Shown: piece after piece, positions 1 through 9,534 of the stretch
How the letters are laid out: each line of letters begins with the position of its first letter
Position numbering within the stretch: the first letter of the stretch is position 1
Source: a virus
Lineage: Duplodnaviria; Heunggongvirae; Uroviricota; Caudoviricetes
Reading direction: 5' to 3' (one strand)
IMG/VR virus record: IMGVR_UViG_3300045988_103067
DNA length: 16,956 nt
Translations under genes and position numbers: made by a program
The notes under the pieces: model-generated
What the model was told of the DNA's origin: nothing
Databases searched by the model: none
What the model saw: the letters and a program-made list of their open reading frames with translations, nothing else

Positions 1-1
1 G

Positions 2-1057
2 CTTGAAAGCACGGAGTTTTATCCTGGAAATGTCCATTCAGCTATTAGTTCATACTTTTCATTAATAGATATTAATAATTATGATCGAGAAGTCAAATCA
101 TTAATACATGTTTCTATAGGATATTGCATCTTTTTAAAGAGTGCATGTTACTATAAAGAACTCGTCGCATTTTCTCGGATGCTTTATTCTAATATTTCTC
201 ATTTGGATATTCTTGATAAATTTAGGGCTGCGTATTTTTTGGCTACAAGTTTAAGAATGATTTATGAGGTTGAACAAAGTGTTGAATTTATTGAGCCTTT
301 AAGTGATGAGTTCGAGGCAAAAGAGTTTTGTCAAAAGGAATATTATTTTAAAATGCTTGATAATATTATGATGGCATGCTCTGAATATAATGATGAAAAA
401 GCACGAAAATACGCAATAAAATTAAAAAAGATAGCTCCAAAGTCTTCTAGTTATTATATCAATGCTGAAGTTCATTTGGCTGACGAATTGTCTCATGGTA
501 AAAGGGTTAATAAGCTTATTTCTCTCGAGAAAAAGTCCCGAGCTGCTGGGTATAACACGCTGGCTAATAATATTAGCATTAAACTTCATTATTTGTTTTC
601 TGGTTCATCTTTCAAATATATTGATAATGCCATAAAAAATGAAGGGGGAGTGTATACTAAGGCCAGGGCGTTACTTGTTAAGTATGAAGAGTTGGTACGT
701 TGCGGAGAGTTTGAAAAAATTGATGCGGAGGGGGTGAGGGAATTAAAGGCCGTTTATGATTATTTGTTCTTGCAGCGATTAGATGAGCTTTTTAACAGAT
801 GTACCGATGTGTTATGGCAGCTTATGAAAGCGTATCGGGATGTTAATGGCTTATACTACTTATTTAAGCGTGGTTCTGTAATTTGGCGTGTAACCTCATC
901 TTATGATAAAGAGTTAGAATATGCTAAGGAGTTGAATGAGCAACAGTTTGATATCAGTGGAGGAGGTGATGATATGAAATATTTATCAATCAGACTGAGT
1001 TTTTTGGCACTAAAGGTGGAGCGAGATAAGTGTCTGATTGATGCTCCAACATTGTAA
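2..1057 (+). CDS. Hypothetical protein, 5'-truncated by the window edge (352 codons visible); AT-rich cargo gene at the cos-proximal old/tin-type locus
   Basis: The frame of the listed ORF 179..1057 stays open back to position 2 when translated by hand, so the gene starts upstream of the window. Strongly AT-rich compared with the adjacent phage genes. The visible protein is rich in K/E/L/Y and looks helical; I do not recognise a family. Confidence 0.6.
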   Translation, partial: LESTEFYPGNVHSAISSYFSLIDINNYDREVKSLIHVSIGYCIFLKSACYYKELVAFSRMLYSNISHLDILDKFRAAYFLATSLRMIYEVEQSVEFIEPLSDEFEAKEFCQKEYYFKMLDNIMMACSEYNDEKARKYAIKLKKIAPKSSSYYINAEVHLADELSHGKRVNKLISLEKKSRAAGYNTLANNISIKLHYLFSGSSFKYIDNAIKNEGGVYTKARALLVKYEELVRCGEFEKIDAEGVRELKAVYDYLFLQRLDELFNRCTDVLWQLMKAYRDVNGLYYLFKRGSVIWRVTSSYDKELEYAKELNEQQFDISGGGDDMKYLSIRLSFLALKVERDKCLIDAPTL

Positions 1058-1185
1058 AGAAAATAGCATGATAGTGCCCTAATTTGCATGCTTACGCCAA
1101 ATCCATATCGAAACGTCAATGTCAATACTGGCGCGGATTCGGCTAGTTCATGCAACTGCATGAAAACCACCTCATGAAGCGGGCA

Positions 1186-1204
1186 GGCGAGGCGGGGAAA
1201 GCAC
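1186..1204. other. cos: Candidate cos site (cohesive-end sequence) of a P2-like phage
   Basis: The 19-nt string GGCGAGGCGGGGAAAGCAC matches my recollection of the P2 cohesive end. It lies in the non-coding gap just beyond the 3' end of Q, where cos sits in P2. Confidence 0.5.
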
Positions 1205-1346
1205 TGCGCGCTGGCGGTGGTGCTGATTTTATTTTTTCAGCGTCTGAGCGCGTCGTGGCGGCGTTTAGATTTTGCGCCGGGGCGTTGCTGTGTCTGCGGG
1301 CTGTTTTGTGCGGTGGTGAGCGTGTGAGGGCGTGATGACTGGGTGT

Positions 1347-1368
1347 AAAAAAGCCGCCCGCAGGCGGC
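1347..1368 (-). terminator. Rho-independent terminator downstream of Q
   Basis: On the minus strand, 6 nt after the Q stop codon: GCCGCC-TGCG-GGCGGC followed by TTTTTT (a 6-bp GC stem, 4-nt loop and a T6 tract). Confidence 0.55.
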
Positions 1369-1373
1369 GATGT

Positions 1374-2408
1374 TCAGCCGTTGTCAGTGTCCAGTGAGTA
1401 GTTTTTAAAGCGGATGACCTCCTGACCGAGCCAGCCGTTTATCTCGCGGATCCTGTCCTGTAACGGGATAAGCTCATTGCGGACAAAGACCTTTGCCACT
1501 TTCTCAATATCACCCAGCGACCCGACGTTCTCCGGCTTGCCGCCCATCAACTGAAAGGGGATGCGGTGCGCGTCCAGCAGGTCAGCGGCGCTGGCTTTTT
1601 TGATATTAAAAAAATCGTCCTTCGTTGCCACTTCACTGAGCGGGATAATTTTAATGCCGTCGGCTTTTCCCTGCGGGGCATAGAGAAACAGATTTTTAAA
1701 GTTGTTGCGGCCTTTCGACTTGACCATGTTTTCGCGAAGCATTTCGATATCGTTGCGATCCTGCACGGCATCAGTGACGTACATGATGTATCCGGCATGT
1801 GCGCCGTTTTCGTAATACTTGCGGCGGAACAGCGTGGCCGACTCATTCAGCCAGGCAGAGTTAAGGGCGCTGAGATATTCCGGCAGGCCGTACAGCTCCT
1901 GATTAATATCCGGCTCCAGCAGGTGAAACACGGAACCGGGCGCGAAGGCTGTCGGCTCGTTGAAGGACGGCACCCACCAGTAAACATCCTCTTCCACACC
2001 ACGGCGGGTATATTTTGCCGGTGAGGTTTCCAGTCTGATGACTTTACCGGTAGTGCTGTAACGCTTTTCCAGAAACGCATTACCGAACACCAGAAAATCC
2101 AGCACAAAGCGGCTGAAATCCTGCTGGGACAGCCACGGATGCGGGATAAATGTCGAGGCCAGAATATTACGTTTGACGTAAATCGGGGAGCTGTGATGCA
2201 CGGCAGCACGCAGGCTTTTTGCCAGACCGGTAAAGCTGACCGGTGGCTCATACCATCTGCCGTTACTGATGCACTCGACGTAATCCAGAATGTCACGGCG
2301 GTCGAGTACCGGCACCGGCTCACCAAAGGTGAATGCCTCCATTTTCGGGGCGCTGGCGGTCATTTTTTTTGCCGCAGGTTGCGGTGTTTTCCCTTTTTTC
2401 TTGCTCAT
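1374..2408 (-). CDS. Q: Portal (capsid vertex) protein
   Basis: 344 aa, the same length as P2 gpQ, with a K-rich N-terminus. It sits beside cos and overlaps the stop of P, as in P2. Confidence 0.9.
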   Translation of the reverse strand: MSKKKGKTPQPAAKKMTASAPKMEAFTFGEPVPVLDRRDILDYVECISNGRWYEPPVSFTGLAKSLRAAVHHSSPIYVKRNILASTFIPHPWLSQQDFSRFVLDFLVFGNAFLEKRYSTTGKVIRLETSPAKYTRRGVEEDVYWWVPSFNEPTAFAPGSVFHLLEPDINQELYGLPEYLSALNSAWLNESATLFRRKYYENGAHAGYIMYVTDAVQDRNDIEMLRENMVKSKGRNNFKNLFLYAPQGKADGIKIIPLSEVATKDDFFNIKKASAADLLDAHRIPFQLMGGKPENVGSLGDIEKVAKVFVRNELIPLQDRIREINGWLGQEVIRFKNYSLDTDNG

Positions 2409-4180
2409 CAGTAAAACTCCAGAATGGTGGATGTCAGCGGGGTGCTGATACCGGCGGTGAGTGGCTCATTTAACAGGGCGTGCATGGTCGCCCAGGCGAG
2501 GTCGGCGTGGCTGGCTTCCTCGCTGCGGCTGGCCTCATAGGTGGCGCTGCGTCCGCTGCTGGTCATGGTCTTGCGGATAGCCATAAACGAGCTGGTGATG
2601 TCGGTGGCGCTGACGTCATATTCCAGACAGCCACGGCGAATAACGTCTTTTGCCTTGAGCACCATTGCGGTTTTCATTTCCGGCGTGTAGCGGATGTCGC
2701 GCGCGGCGGGATAGAACGAGCGCACGAGCTGGAACACGCCGACACCGAGGCCGGTGGCATCAATACCGATGTATTCGACGTTGTATTTTTCGGTGAGTTT
2801 GCGGATGGATTCAGCCTGAGTGGCAAAGTCCATGCCTTTCCACTGGTGACGCTCAAGTATTCTGAATTTGCCACCGGCCACCACCGGCGGTGCCAGCACC
2901 ACGCATCCGGCGCTGTCGCCACGGTGTGACGGGTCGTAACCAATCCATACCGGGCGGGAGCCGAACGGATTGGCGGCAAAGGGTGCATAGTCTTCCCATT
3001 CTTCCAGCGTGTCGACCATGCAGCGTTGCAGCTCCTCGAACGGGAACACCGACGCCTTGTCGTCAACAAATTCACACATGAACAGATTTTTAAAATCGTC
3101 GGCGCTGTTTTCGCGTTTAAGCTGCTCAATGTCGAACAGCGTGCAGCCACCTTTCAGGGCGTCCTCAATGGTGACAATCTGCCGCCACTGGCCGTCCGCA
3201 CAGAGAAGCCCACCGGCAAGGGCGTTATGACTGACGTCGATTTCCACGCGTTCGGCGGCGCTGGCGCGTCCCCGGTTGAACAGTTCACCCGACCAGAACG
3301 GATAGGCGTCGTGCGCCAGCGTGGACGGGGTGGAGAAATAGGTCGAGCGCAGGTGACTCTGTGAGGCCATACCTGATGCCACCTTACGCAGTACCTGAAA
3401 ATTCGGGATCCAGAAAATCTCGTCGACGTACAGGTCGCCGTTATGGCTCTGCGCGGTGTTGGAGTTGGTGCCGAGAAAAATCAGTTTTGCGCCGTTATTG
3501 CCCAGGACAATCGGGTCACCGGTCAGGTCAACGTCAACCAGCCGGGCAAAGGCGATGATGTATTCGCGGAACACATACGCCTGCGTTTTACTGGCCGACA
3601 GAAAAATCTGGTTATGACCTGTTTTCAGGGCGCGCAGCAGCGCCTCGCGGGAAAAATAAAACGTCGCGCCAATCTGGCGGGATTTCAGGATATCGCGGAT
3701 GCGGTGCTCAAGCCCGGCGCGATACCAGTGCAACTGATATTCGAAAGACTGCTCAAAGAAAATCTGCTCCAGCTTTTCGATAGCCTCGTCGCTGAAAAAA
3801 TTCTTTTTCGGTTTGCGACGCCCGCCTTTGTTGCGGTTAGCGACGTTCGGATTAAGGTCTGCCTCGTTGCCGGTCTGGCTGTAGCGATTTACCCGTGCCA
3901 GTCGTTCAATCTGGCGTCCCAGCAGGTCAATTTCCTTGAAGTCACCGCCGGTTTTCTGCGGTTTGATGATGAGCTGGGTCAGTCGCGCTTCCAGACTCAT
4001 TTCGACACGGCTGATGGGGGCAACGCTGTCCCAGCCGTCGCGCTGTTTCCAGCTCTGCACCGTCGGGCGTTTCATCTGCAACATGGCGGCAATCTGCGGC
4101 ACGGAAAACCCCTGCCAGTACAGCAGCGCCGCCTGACGACGCGGGTCGTGTAAAAGAGTGGTGTCTGTGGTGATGGTCAT
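2408..4180 (-). CDS. P: Terminase large (ATPase) subunit
   Basis: The listed ORF is 600 aa; I place the start at the internal Met (MTITTDTT...) at 4180, which has a GAGG Shine-Dalgarno about 6 nt upstream, giving 590 aa, the size of P2 gpP. Transcribed divergently from O, as in P2. Confidence 0.9.
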   Translation of the reverse strand: MTITTDTTLLHDPRRQAALLYWQGFSVPQIAAMLQMKRPTVQSWKQRDGWDSVAPISRVEMSLEARLTQLIIKPQKTGGDFKEIDLLGRQIERLARVNRYSQTGNEADLNPNVANRNKGGRRKPKKNFFSDEAIEKLEQIFFEQSFEYQLHWYRAGLEHRIRDILKSRQIGATFYFSREALLRALKTGHNQIFLSASKTQAYVFREYIIAFARLVDVDLTGDPIVLGNNGAKLIFLGTNSNTAQSHNGDLYVDEIFWIPNFQVLRKVASGMASQSHLRSTYFSTPSTLAHDAYPFWSGELFNRGRASAAERVEIDVSHNALAGGLLCADGQWRQIVTIEDALKGGCTLFDIEQLKRENSADDFKNLFMCEFVDDKASVFPFEELQRCMVDTLEEWEDYAPFAANPFGSRPVWIGYDPSHRGDSAGCVVLAPPVVAGGKFRILERHQWKGMDFATQAESIRKLTEKYNVEYIGIDATGLGVGVFQLVRSFYPAARDIRYTPEMKTAMVLKAKDVIRRGCLEYDVSATDITSSFMAIRKTMTSSGRSATYEASRSEEASHADLAWATMHALLNEPLTAGISTPLTSTILEFY

Positions 4181-4353
4181 GAATACCTCGCCGTGATGAA
4201 TACACGGCAAGGCTACTGAGTCGCGCCCCGCGATTCGCTAAGGTGCTGTTGTGTCAGTGATAAGCCATCCGGGACTGATGGCGGAGGATGCGCATCGTCG
4301 GGAAACTGATGCCGACATGTGACTCCTCTAATCACTATTCAGGACTCCTGACA
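4181..4353. promoter_or_regulatory. P/O intergenic region, the expected site of the divergent Ogr-dependent late promoters
   Basis: Placed by synteny with P2 only. I scanned for a perfect TGT-N12-ACA activator dyad and found none, so no specific site is called. Confidence 0.35.
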
Positions 4354-5208
4354 ATGGCAAAAAAAGTCTCAAAATTCTTTCGTATCGGCGTTGAGGGTGA
4401 CACCTGTGACGGGCGTGTCATCAGTGCGCAGGATATTCAGGAAATGGCCGAAACCTTTGACCCGCGTGTCTATGGTTGCCGCATTAACCTGGAACATCTG
4501 CGCGGCATCCTGCCTGACGGTATTTTTAAACGTTATGGCGATGTGGCCGAACTGAAGGCCGAAAAGATTGACGATGATTCGGCGCTGAAAGGCAAATGGG
4601 CGCTGTTTGCGAAAATCACCCCGACCGATGACCTTATCGCGATGAACAAGGCCGCGCAGAAGGTCTATACCTCAATGGAAATTCAGCCGAACTTTGCCAA
4701 TACCGGCAAATGTTATCTGGTGGGTCTGGCCGTCACCGATGACCCGGCAAGCCTCGGCACGGAATACCTGGAATTCTGCCGCACGGCAAAACACAACCCC
4801 CTGAACCGCTTCAAATTAAGCCCTGAAAACCTGATTTCAGTGGCAACGCCTGTTGAGCTGGAATTTGAAGACCTGCCTGAAACCGTGTTCACCGCCCTGA
4901 CCGAAAAGGTGAAATCCATTTTTGGCCGCAAACAGGCCAGCGATGACGCCCGTCTGAATGACGTGCATGAAGCGGTGACCGCTGTCGCTGAGCATGTGCA
5001 GGAAAAACTGAGCGCCACTGAGCAGCGCCTTGCTGAGATGGAAACCGCCTTTTCCGCACTTAAGCAGGATGTGACTGACAGGGCGGATGAAACCAGTCAG
5101 GCATTCACCCGCCTGAAAAACAGTCTCGACCACACCGAAAGTCTGACCCAGCAGCGCCGCAGTAAAGCCACCGGCGGTGGCGGTGACGCCCTGATGACGA
5201 ACTGCTAA
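4354..5208 (+). CDS. O: Capsid scaffolding protein
   Basis: Start taken at MAKKVSKFF (internal Met of the listed ORF), giving 284 aa, the length of P2 gpO. Lies immediately upstream of the major capsid gene. Confidence 0.88.
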   Translation: MAKKVSKFFRIGVEGDTCDGRVISAQDIQEMAETFDPRVYGCRINLEHLRGILPDGIFKRYGDVAELKAEKIDDDSALKGKWALFAKITPTDDLIAMNKAAQKVYTSMEIQPNFANTGKCYLVGLAVTDDPASLGTEYLEFCRTAKHNPLNRFKLSPENLISVATPVELEFEDLPETVFTALTEKVKSIFGRKQASDDARLNDVHEAVTAVAEHVQEKLSATEQRLAEMETAFSALKQDVTDRADETSQAFTRLKNSLDHTESLTQQRRSKATGGGGDALMTNC

Positions 5209-5266
5209 CCGGCGTCAGTCAGTCCGGGAAAACCTTCACGATTAACCCTTAATTTCAGGAAAAACT

Positions 5267-6340
5267 ATGCGCCAGGAAACCCGCTTTAAATTTAATGCCT
5301 ACCTGTCCCGTGTTGCCGAACTGAACGGCATCGACGCCGGTGATGTGTCGAAAAAATTCACCGTTGAACCGTCGGTCACCCAGACCCTGATGAACACCAT
5401 GCAGGAGTCCTCTGACTTTCTGACCCGCATCAACATTGTGCCGGTCAGCGAAATGAAAGGGGAAAAAATTGGTATTGGTGTCACCGGCTCCATCGCCAGC
5501 ACCAGCGACACCGCCGGTGGCACCGAGCGTCAGCCGAAGGACTTCTCGAAGCTGGCGTCAAACAAGTACGAATGCGACCAGATTAACTTCGATTTTTATA
5601 TCCGCTACAAAACGCTTGACCTGTGGGCGCGTTATCAGGATTTCCAGCTCCGTGTCCGTAACGCCATTATCAAACGCCAGTCCCTTGATTTAATCATGGC
5701 CGGTTTTAACGGCGTGAGGCGTGCCGAAACCTCTGACCGCAGCAGTAATCCGATGCTACAGGATGTGGCGGTCGGCTGGCTGCAGAAATACCGCAATGAA
5801 GCACCGGCGCGCGTGATGAGCAAGGTCACTGACGAGGAAGGGCACACCACCTCTGAGGTTATCCGCGTGGGTAAGGGCGGTGATTATGCCAGCCTTGACG
5901 CACTGGTGATGGATGCGACCAACAACCTGATTGAGCCGTGGTATCAGGAAGACCCTGACCTTGTGGTGATTGTGGGGCGTCAGCTACTGGCGGACAAGTA
6001 TTTTCCCATCGTCAACAAGGAGCAGGACAACAGCGAAATGCTGGCCGCTGACGTCATCATCAGCCAGAAACGCATCGGTAACCTGCCGGCGGTACGCGTC
6101 CCGTACTTCCCGGCGGATGCGATGCTCATCACGAAGCTGGAAAACCTGTCCATCTACTACATGGATGACAGCCATCGCCGCGTGATTGAGGAAAACCCGA
6201 AACTCGACCGCGTGGAGAACTACGAGTCAATGAACATTGATTACGTGGTGGAAGACTACGCCGCCGGTTGTCTGGTGGAAAAAATTAAGGTCGGTGATTT
6301 CTCCACACTGGATAAAGCGACCGCAGAGCCGGGAGCGTAA
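5267..6340 (+). CDS. N: Major capsid protein
   Basis: 357 aa, the same length as P2 gpN, in the expected position; AGGA-type ribosome-binding site upstream. Confidence 0.9.
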   Translation: MRQETRFKFNAYLSRVAELNGIDAGDVSKKFTVEPSVTQTLMNTMQESSDFLTRINIVPVSEMKGEKIGIGVTGSIASTSDTAGGTERQPKDFSKLASNKYECDQINFDFYIRYKTLDLWARYQDFQLRVRNAIIKRQSLDLIMAGFNGVRRAETSDRSSNPMLQDVAVGWLQKYRNEAPARVMSKVTDEEGHTTSEVIRVGKGGDYASLDALVMDATNNLIEPWYQEDPDLVVIVGRQLLADKYFPIVNKEQDNSEMLAADVIISQKRIGNLPAVRVPYFPADAMLITKLENLSIYYMDDSHRRVIEENPKLDRVENYESMNIDYVVEDYAAGCLVEKIKVGDFSTLDKATAEPGA

Positions 6341-6343
6341 CCG

Positions 6344-7087
6344 ATGACGAGTCCCGCACAGCGCCACATGATGCGGGTCTCGGCAGCGATGACCGCGCAG
6401 CGGGACGCCGCCCCGCTGCGACATGCAACTGTCTATGAGCAGATGCTGGTCAAGCTGGCCGCAGACCAGCGCACACTGAAAGCGATTTATTCAAAAGAGC
6501 TGAAGGCCGCGAAAAAACGCGAACTGCTGCCGTTCTGGTTGCCGTGGGTGAACGGCGTGCTGGAGCAGGGCAAAGGTGCACAGGATGACATTCTGATGAC
6601 GGTCATGCTGTGGCGTCTGGATACCGGCGATATTGCCGGTGCGCTGGAGATTGCCCGTTATGCCCTGAAGTACGGTCTGACCATGCCGGGTAAACACCGC
6701 CGCACCCCGCCGTACATGTTCACCGAGGAGGTGGCGCTCGCGGCCATGCGCGCCCACGCTGCCGGTGAGTCTGTGGATACCCGCCTGCTGACGGAGACCC
6801 TTGCACTGACCGCCACGGCAGACATGCCTGATGAAGTGCGCGCAAAGCTGCACAAAATCACCGGTCTGTTTCTGCGTGACGCTGGTGATGCCGCCGGTGC
6901 GCTGGCGCACCTGCAACGTGCGACACAGCTCGACTGTCAGGCAGGCGTCAAAAAAGAGATTGAACGACTGGAGCGGGAGCTGAAACCGAAGCCGGAGCCG
7001 CAGCCAAAAGCGGCCACCCGTACCCCGCGTAAGATCCGGAGCGTGACACCGGCAAAACGTGGACGCCCGAAAAAGAAAGCCAGTTAA
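6344..7087 (+). CDS. M: Terminase small (endonuclease) subunit
   Basis: 247 aa, the same length as P2 gpM, with a basic Pro/Lys-rich C-terminal tail. Position between N and L. Confidence 0.88.
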   Translation: MTSPAQRHMMRVSAAMTAQRDAAPLRHATVYEQMLVKLAADQRTLKAIYSKELKAAKKRELLPFWLPWVNGVLEQGKGAQDDILMTVMLWRLDTGDIAGALEIARYALKYGLTMPGKHRRTPPYMFTEEVALAAMRAHAAGESVDTRLLTETLALTATADMPDEVRAKLHKITGLFLRDAGDAAGALAHLQRATQLDCQAGVKKEIERLERELKPKPEPQPKAATRTPRKIRSVTPAKRGRPKKKAS

Positions 7088-7186
7088 CAACCGAATGCGC
7101 CCCGCGCCAGGGCGGCACGCCGGTCAGTGAGGGTGAATCACCTGACACTGCACCGGCGTCCACCGCCCGACTTTTCAGAGGTAGTC

Positions 7187-7696
7187 ATGATGACGCTGAT
7201 TATTCCGCGAAAGGAGGCTCCCGTGTCCGGTGAGGGTACGGTGGTCATCCCGCAACCGGCAGGCGACGAGCCGGTGATTAAAAACACGTTCTTTTTTCCC
7301 GATATCGACCCGAAGCGCGTCCGGGAACGTATGCGCCTTGAGCAGACCGTCGCCCCCGCCCGTCTGCGTGAGGCCATCAAGTCAGGCATGGCTGAAACGA
7401 ATGCGGAGCTGTACGAGTACCGCGAACAGAAAATTGCCGCCGGTTTTACGCGTCTGGCGGACGTTCCGGCGGACGACATCGACGGTGAAAGTATCAAAGT
7501 TTTTTACTACGAGCGCGCCGTGTGTGCGATGGCGACCGCGTCGCTTTATGAGCGTTACCGCGGCGTGGATGCCAGTGCGAAAGGAGACAAGAAGGCCGAC
7601 AGCATTGACAGCACCATTGATGAGCTGTGGCGGGATATGCGCTGGGCAGTGGCGCGCATCCAGGACAAGCCGCGCTGCATCGTGAGTCAAATCTGA
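7187..7696 (+). CDS. L: Head completion / capsid stabilisation protein
   Basis: Start at the MMTLIIPRK Met, with GAGG 7 nt upstream, giving 169 aa, the length of P2 gpL. Its stop overlaps the X start (TGATG). Confidence 0.85.
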   Translation: MMTLIIPRKEAPVSGEGTVVIPQPAGDEPVIKNTFFFPDIDPKRVRERMRLEQTVAPARLREAIKSGMAETNAELYEYREQKIAAGFTRLADVPADDIDGESIKVFYYERAVCAMATASLYERYRGVDASAKGDKKADSIDSTIDELWRDMRWAVARIQDKPRCIVSQI

Positions 7697-7899
7697 TGAA
7701 GACCTTTGCGCTACAGGGCGACACGCTCGACGCCATTTGTGTCCGGTATTACGGGCGCACTGAGGGCGTGGTTGAGACCGTGCTCGCCGCAAATCCGGGA
7801 CTGGCTGAACTGGGGGCGGTGCTGCCGCACGGCACCGCCGTCGAACTGCCCGACGTTCAGACCGCGCCCGTGGCTGAAACTGTCAATCTGTGGGAGTAA
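7696..7899 (+). CDS. X: Small tail protein
   Basis: 67 aa from the internal Met MKTFALQGD, the length of P2 gpX; translationally coupled to L. Confidence 0.8.
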   Translation: MKTFALQGDTLDAICVRYYGRTEGVVETVLAANPGLAELGAVLPHGTAVELPDVQTAPVAETVNLWE

Positions 7900-7902
7900 C
7901 GC

Positions 7903-8184
7903 ATGACAGCAGAAGAAAAAAGCGTCCTGTCGCTTTTCATGATTGGGGTGCTGATTGTTGTCGGCAAGGTGCTTGCCGGTGGTGAACCCATCACCCCGCG
8001 TCTGTTTATCGGGCGCATGTTGCTCGGTGGTTTTGTCTCGATGGTTGCCGGTGTTGTTCTGGTGCAGTTTCCTGACCTGTCACTGCCTGCGGTGTGCGGC
8101 ATTGGCTCCATGCTGGGTATCGCCGGTTATCAGGTGATTGAGATTGCCATTCAGCGCCGCTTTAAGGGCAGGGGGAAACCGTAA
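7903..8184 (+). CDS. Y: Holin
   Basis: 93 aa (the length of P2 gpY), with hydrophobic transmembrane segments and a charged C-terminus; immediately upstream of the endolysin. Confidence 0.85.
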   Translation: MTAEEKSVLSLFMIGVLIVVGKVLAGGEPITPRLFIGRMLLGGFVSMVAGVVLVQFPDLSLPAVCGIGSMLGIAGYQVIEIAIQRRFKGRGKP

Positions 8185-8681
8185 TGCCGGTAATTAACAC
8201 ACATCAGAATATCGCCGCCTTTCTCGACATGCTGGCCGTGTCCGAAGGGACGGCGAATCATCCGCTGACGAAAAACCGGGGCTATGACGTGATAGTCACC
8301 GGACTGGACGGGAAGCCGGAAATTTTCACCGACTACAGTGACCACCCGTTCGCACATGGCCGACCGGCGAAGGTGTTTAACCGTCGCGGTGAAAAATCCA
8401 CGGCCTCCGGTCGCTATCAGCAGCTTTACCTGTTCTGGCCGCATTACCGCAAACAGCTTGCCCTGCCGGATTTCAGTCCGTTGTCACAGGACAGACTCGC
8501 CATTCAGTTGATCCGCGAACGCGGTGCGCTGGATGACATCCGGGCGGGACGCATTGAGCGCGCCATTTCACGCTGTCGCAATATCTGGGCGTCCCTGCCG
8601 GGTGCCGGTTACGGTCAGCGTGAGCATTCACTGGAAAAACTGGTCACCGTCTGGCGTACCGCTGGCGGCGTACCGGCTTAA
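8184..8681 (+). CDS. K: Endolysin (lysozyme-type murein hydrolase)
   Basis: 165 aa, the same length as P2 gpK; its start overlaps the Y stop. The N-terminal region reads like the P2 K / lambda R class of endolysins. Confidence 0.88.
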   Translation: MPVINTHQNIAAFLDMLAVSEGTANHPLTKNRGYDVIVTGLDGKPEIFTDYSDHPFAHGRPAKVFNRRGEKSTASGRYQQLYLFWPHYRKQLALPDFSPLSQDRLAIQLIRERGALDDIRAGRIERAISRCRNIWASLPGAGYGQREHSLEKLVTVWRTAGGVPA

Positions 8682-8695
8682 ACGGAGTAAACACC

Positions 8696-9121
8696 ATGAA
8701 GAAATTATCCCTTTCACTGATGCTGAACGTGTCGCTGGCGCTGATGCTGGCACTGTCCCTGATTTACCCGCAGAGCGTGGCCGTCAGTTTTGTCGCTGCC
8801 TGGGCGATTCTGGCGATGGTTATCTGTGTGGTTGCCGGTGGTGTCGGCGTGTATGCCACTGAGTATGTGCTGGAACGCTACGGGCGGGAGCTGCCGCCGG
8901 AATCGCTGGCCGTGAAGATTGTCACGTCGCTGTTTTTGCAGCCGGTGCCGTGGCGCAGACGGGCGGCGGCTCTGGTGGTGATGGTGGCGACGTTTATCTC
9001 GCTGGTCGCTGCCGGGTGGATTTTTACCGCGCTGATTTATCTTGTGGCGTCGCTGTTTTTCCGGCTGATACGTAAAGCCTGTCGTCAGCGTCTTGAAGGG
9101 CGGGAATTATGTCAAAGCTGA
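8696..9121 (+). CDS. lysA: Lysis-timing membrane protein LysA
   Basis: 141 aa with several hydrophobic helices; in the P2 lysA position and of the same length. Confidence 0.8.
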   Translation: MKKLSLSLMLNVSLALMLALSLIYPQSVAVSFVAAWAILAMVICVVAGGVGVYATEYVLERYGRELPPESLAVKIVTSLFLQPVPWRRRAAALVVMVATFISLVAAGWIFTALIYLVASLFFRLIRKACRQRLEGRELCQS

Positions 9122-9534
9122 TGATTGTGCTGGTCGTGTTGTTATCGCTGGCGGTGGCGGGGCTGTTTCTGGCGAAGCATGAAAACGCCAGCCTGCGCGC
9201 CTCGCTGGACAGGGCGAACAACGTCGCCAGTGGGCAGCAGACGACCATCACCATGCTGAAAAAGCAGCTTCATGTTGCCCTCACCAGGGCAGACAAAAAC
9301 GAGCTGGCGCAGGTGGCACTGCGTCAGGAACTGGAGAACGCCGCGAAGCGTGAAGCACAGCGCGAGAAAACCATCACGAGGTTACTTAATGAAAACGAAG
9401 ATTTTCGCCGCTGGTACGGCGCTGGCCTGCCTGATGCTGTGCGCCGGTTGCACCAGCGCCCCGCCTGCACCGACGCCAGTGATTGTCCACAACGCCTGCC
9501 CGAAAGTGAGCCTTTGCCCGATGCCGGGCAGTGA
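9109..9534 (+). CDS. lysB: Rz-like inner-membrane spanin LysB
   Basis: 141 aa with an N-terminal transmembrane helix followed by a charged, coiled-coil-like region; in the P2 lysB position and of the same length. Confidence 0.8.
   Translation: MSKLMIVLVVLLSLAVAGLFLAKHENASLRASLDRANNVASGQQTTITMLKKQLHVALTRADKNELAQVALRQELENAAKREAQREKTITRLLNENEDFRRWYGAGLPDAVRRLHQRPACTDASDCPQRLPESEPLPDAGQ

Noticed and set aside
1150-1335. 61-aa plus-strand ORF between the left cargo gene and Q
   Set aside because: It overlaps the putative cos sequence and the Q terminator, has no ribosome-binding site, and its Gly/Ala/Arg-rich translation is typical of a GC-rich non-coding frame.
3443-4153. 236-aa plus-strand ORF inside P
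   Set aside because: Antisense to the well-supported large terminase gene; long open frames on the opposite strand are expected by chance in GC-rich coding DNA.
4181-4353. A specific Ogr/Delta-type activator site (TGT-N12-ACA) in the P/O intergenic region
   Set aside because: A manual scan found no perfect TGT-N12-ACA dyad, only one-mismatch candidates, so only the promoter region is reported, not a site.
6491-7090. 199-aa minus-strand ORF
   Set aside because: Antisense to the terminase small subunit gene M; Arg/Gly-rich, low-complexity translation; no start signals.
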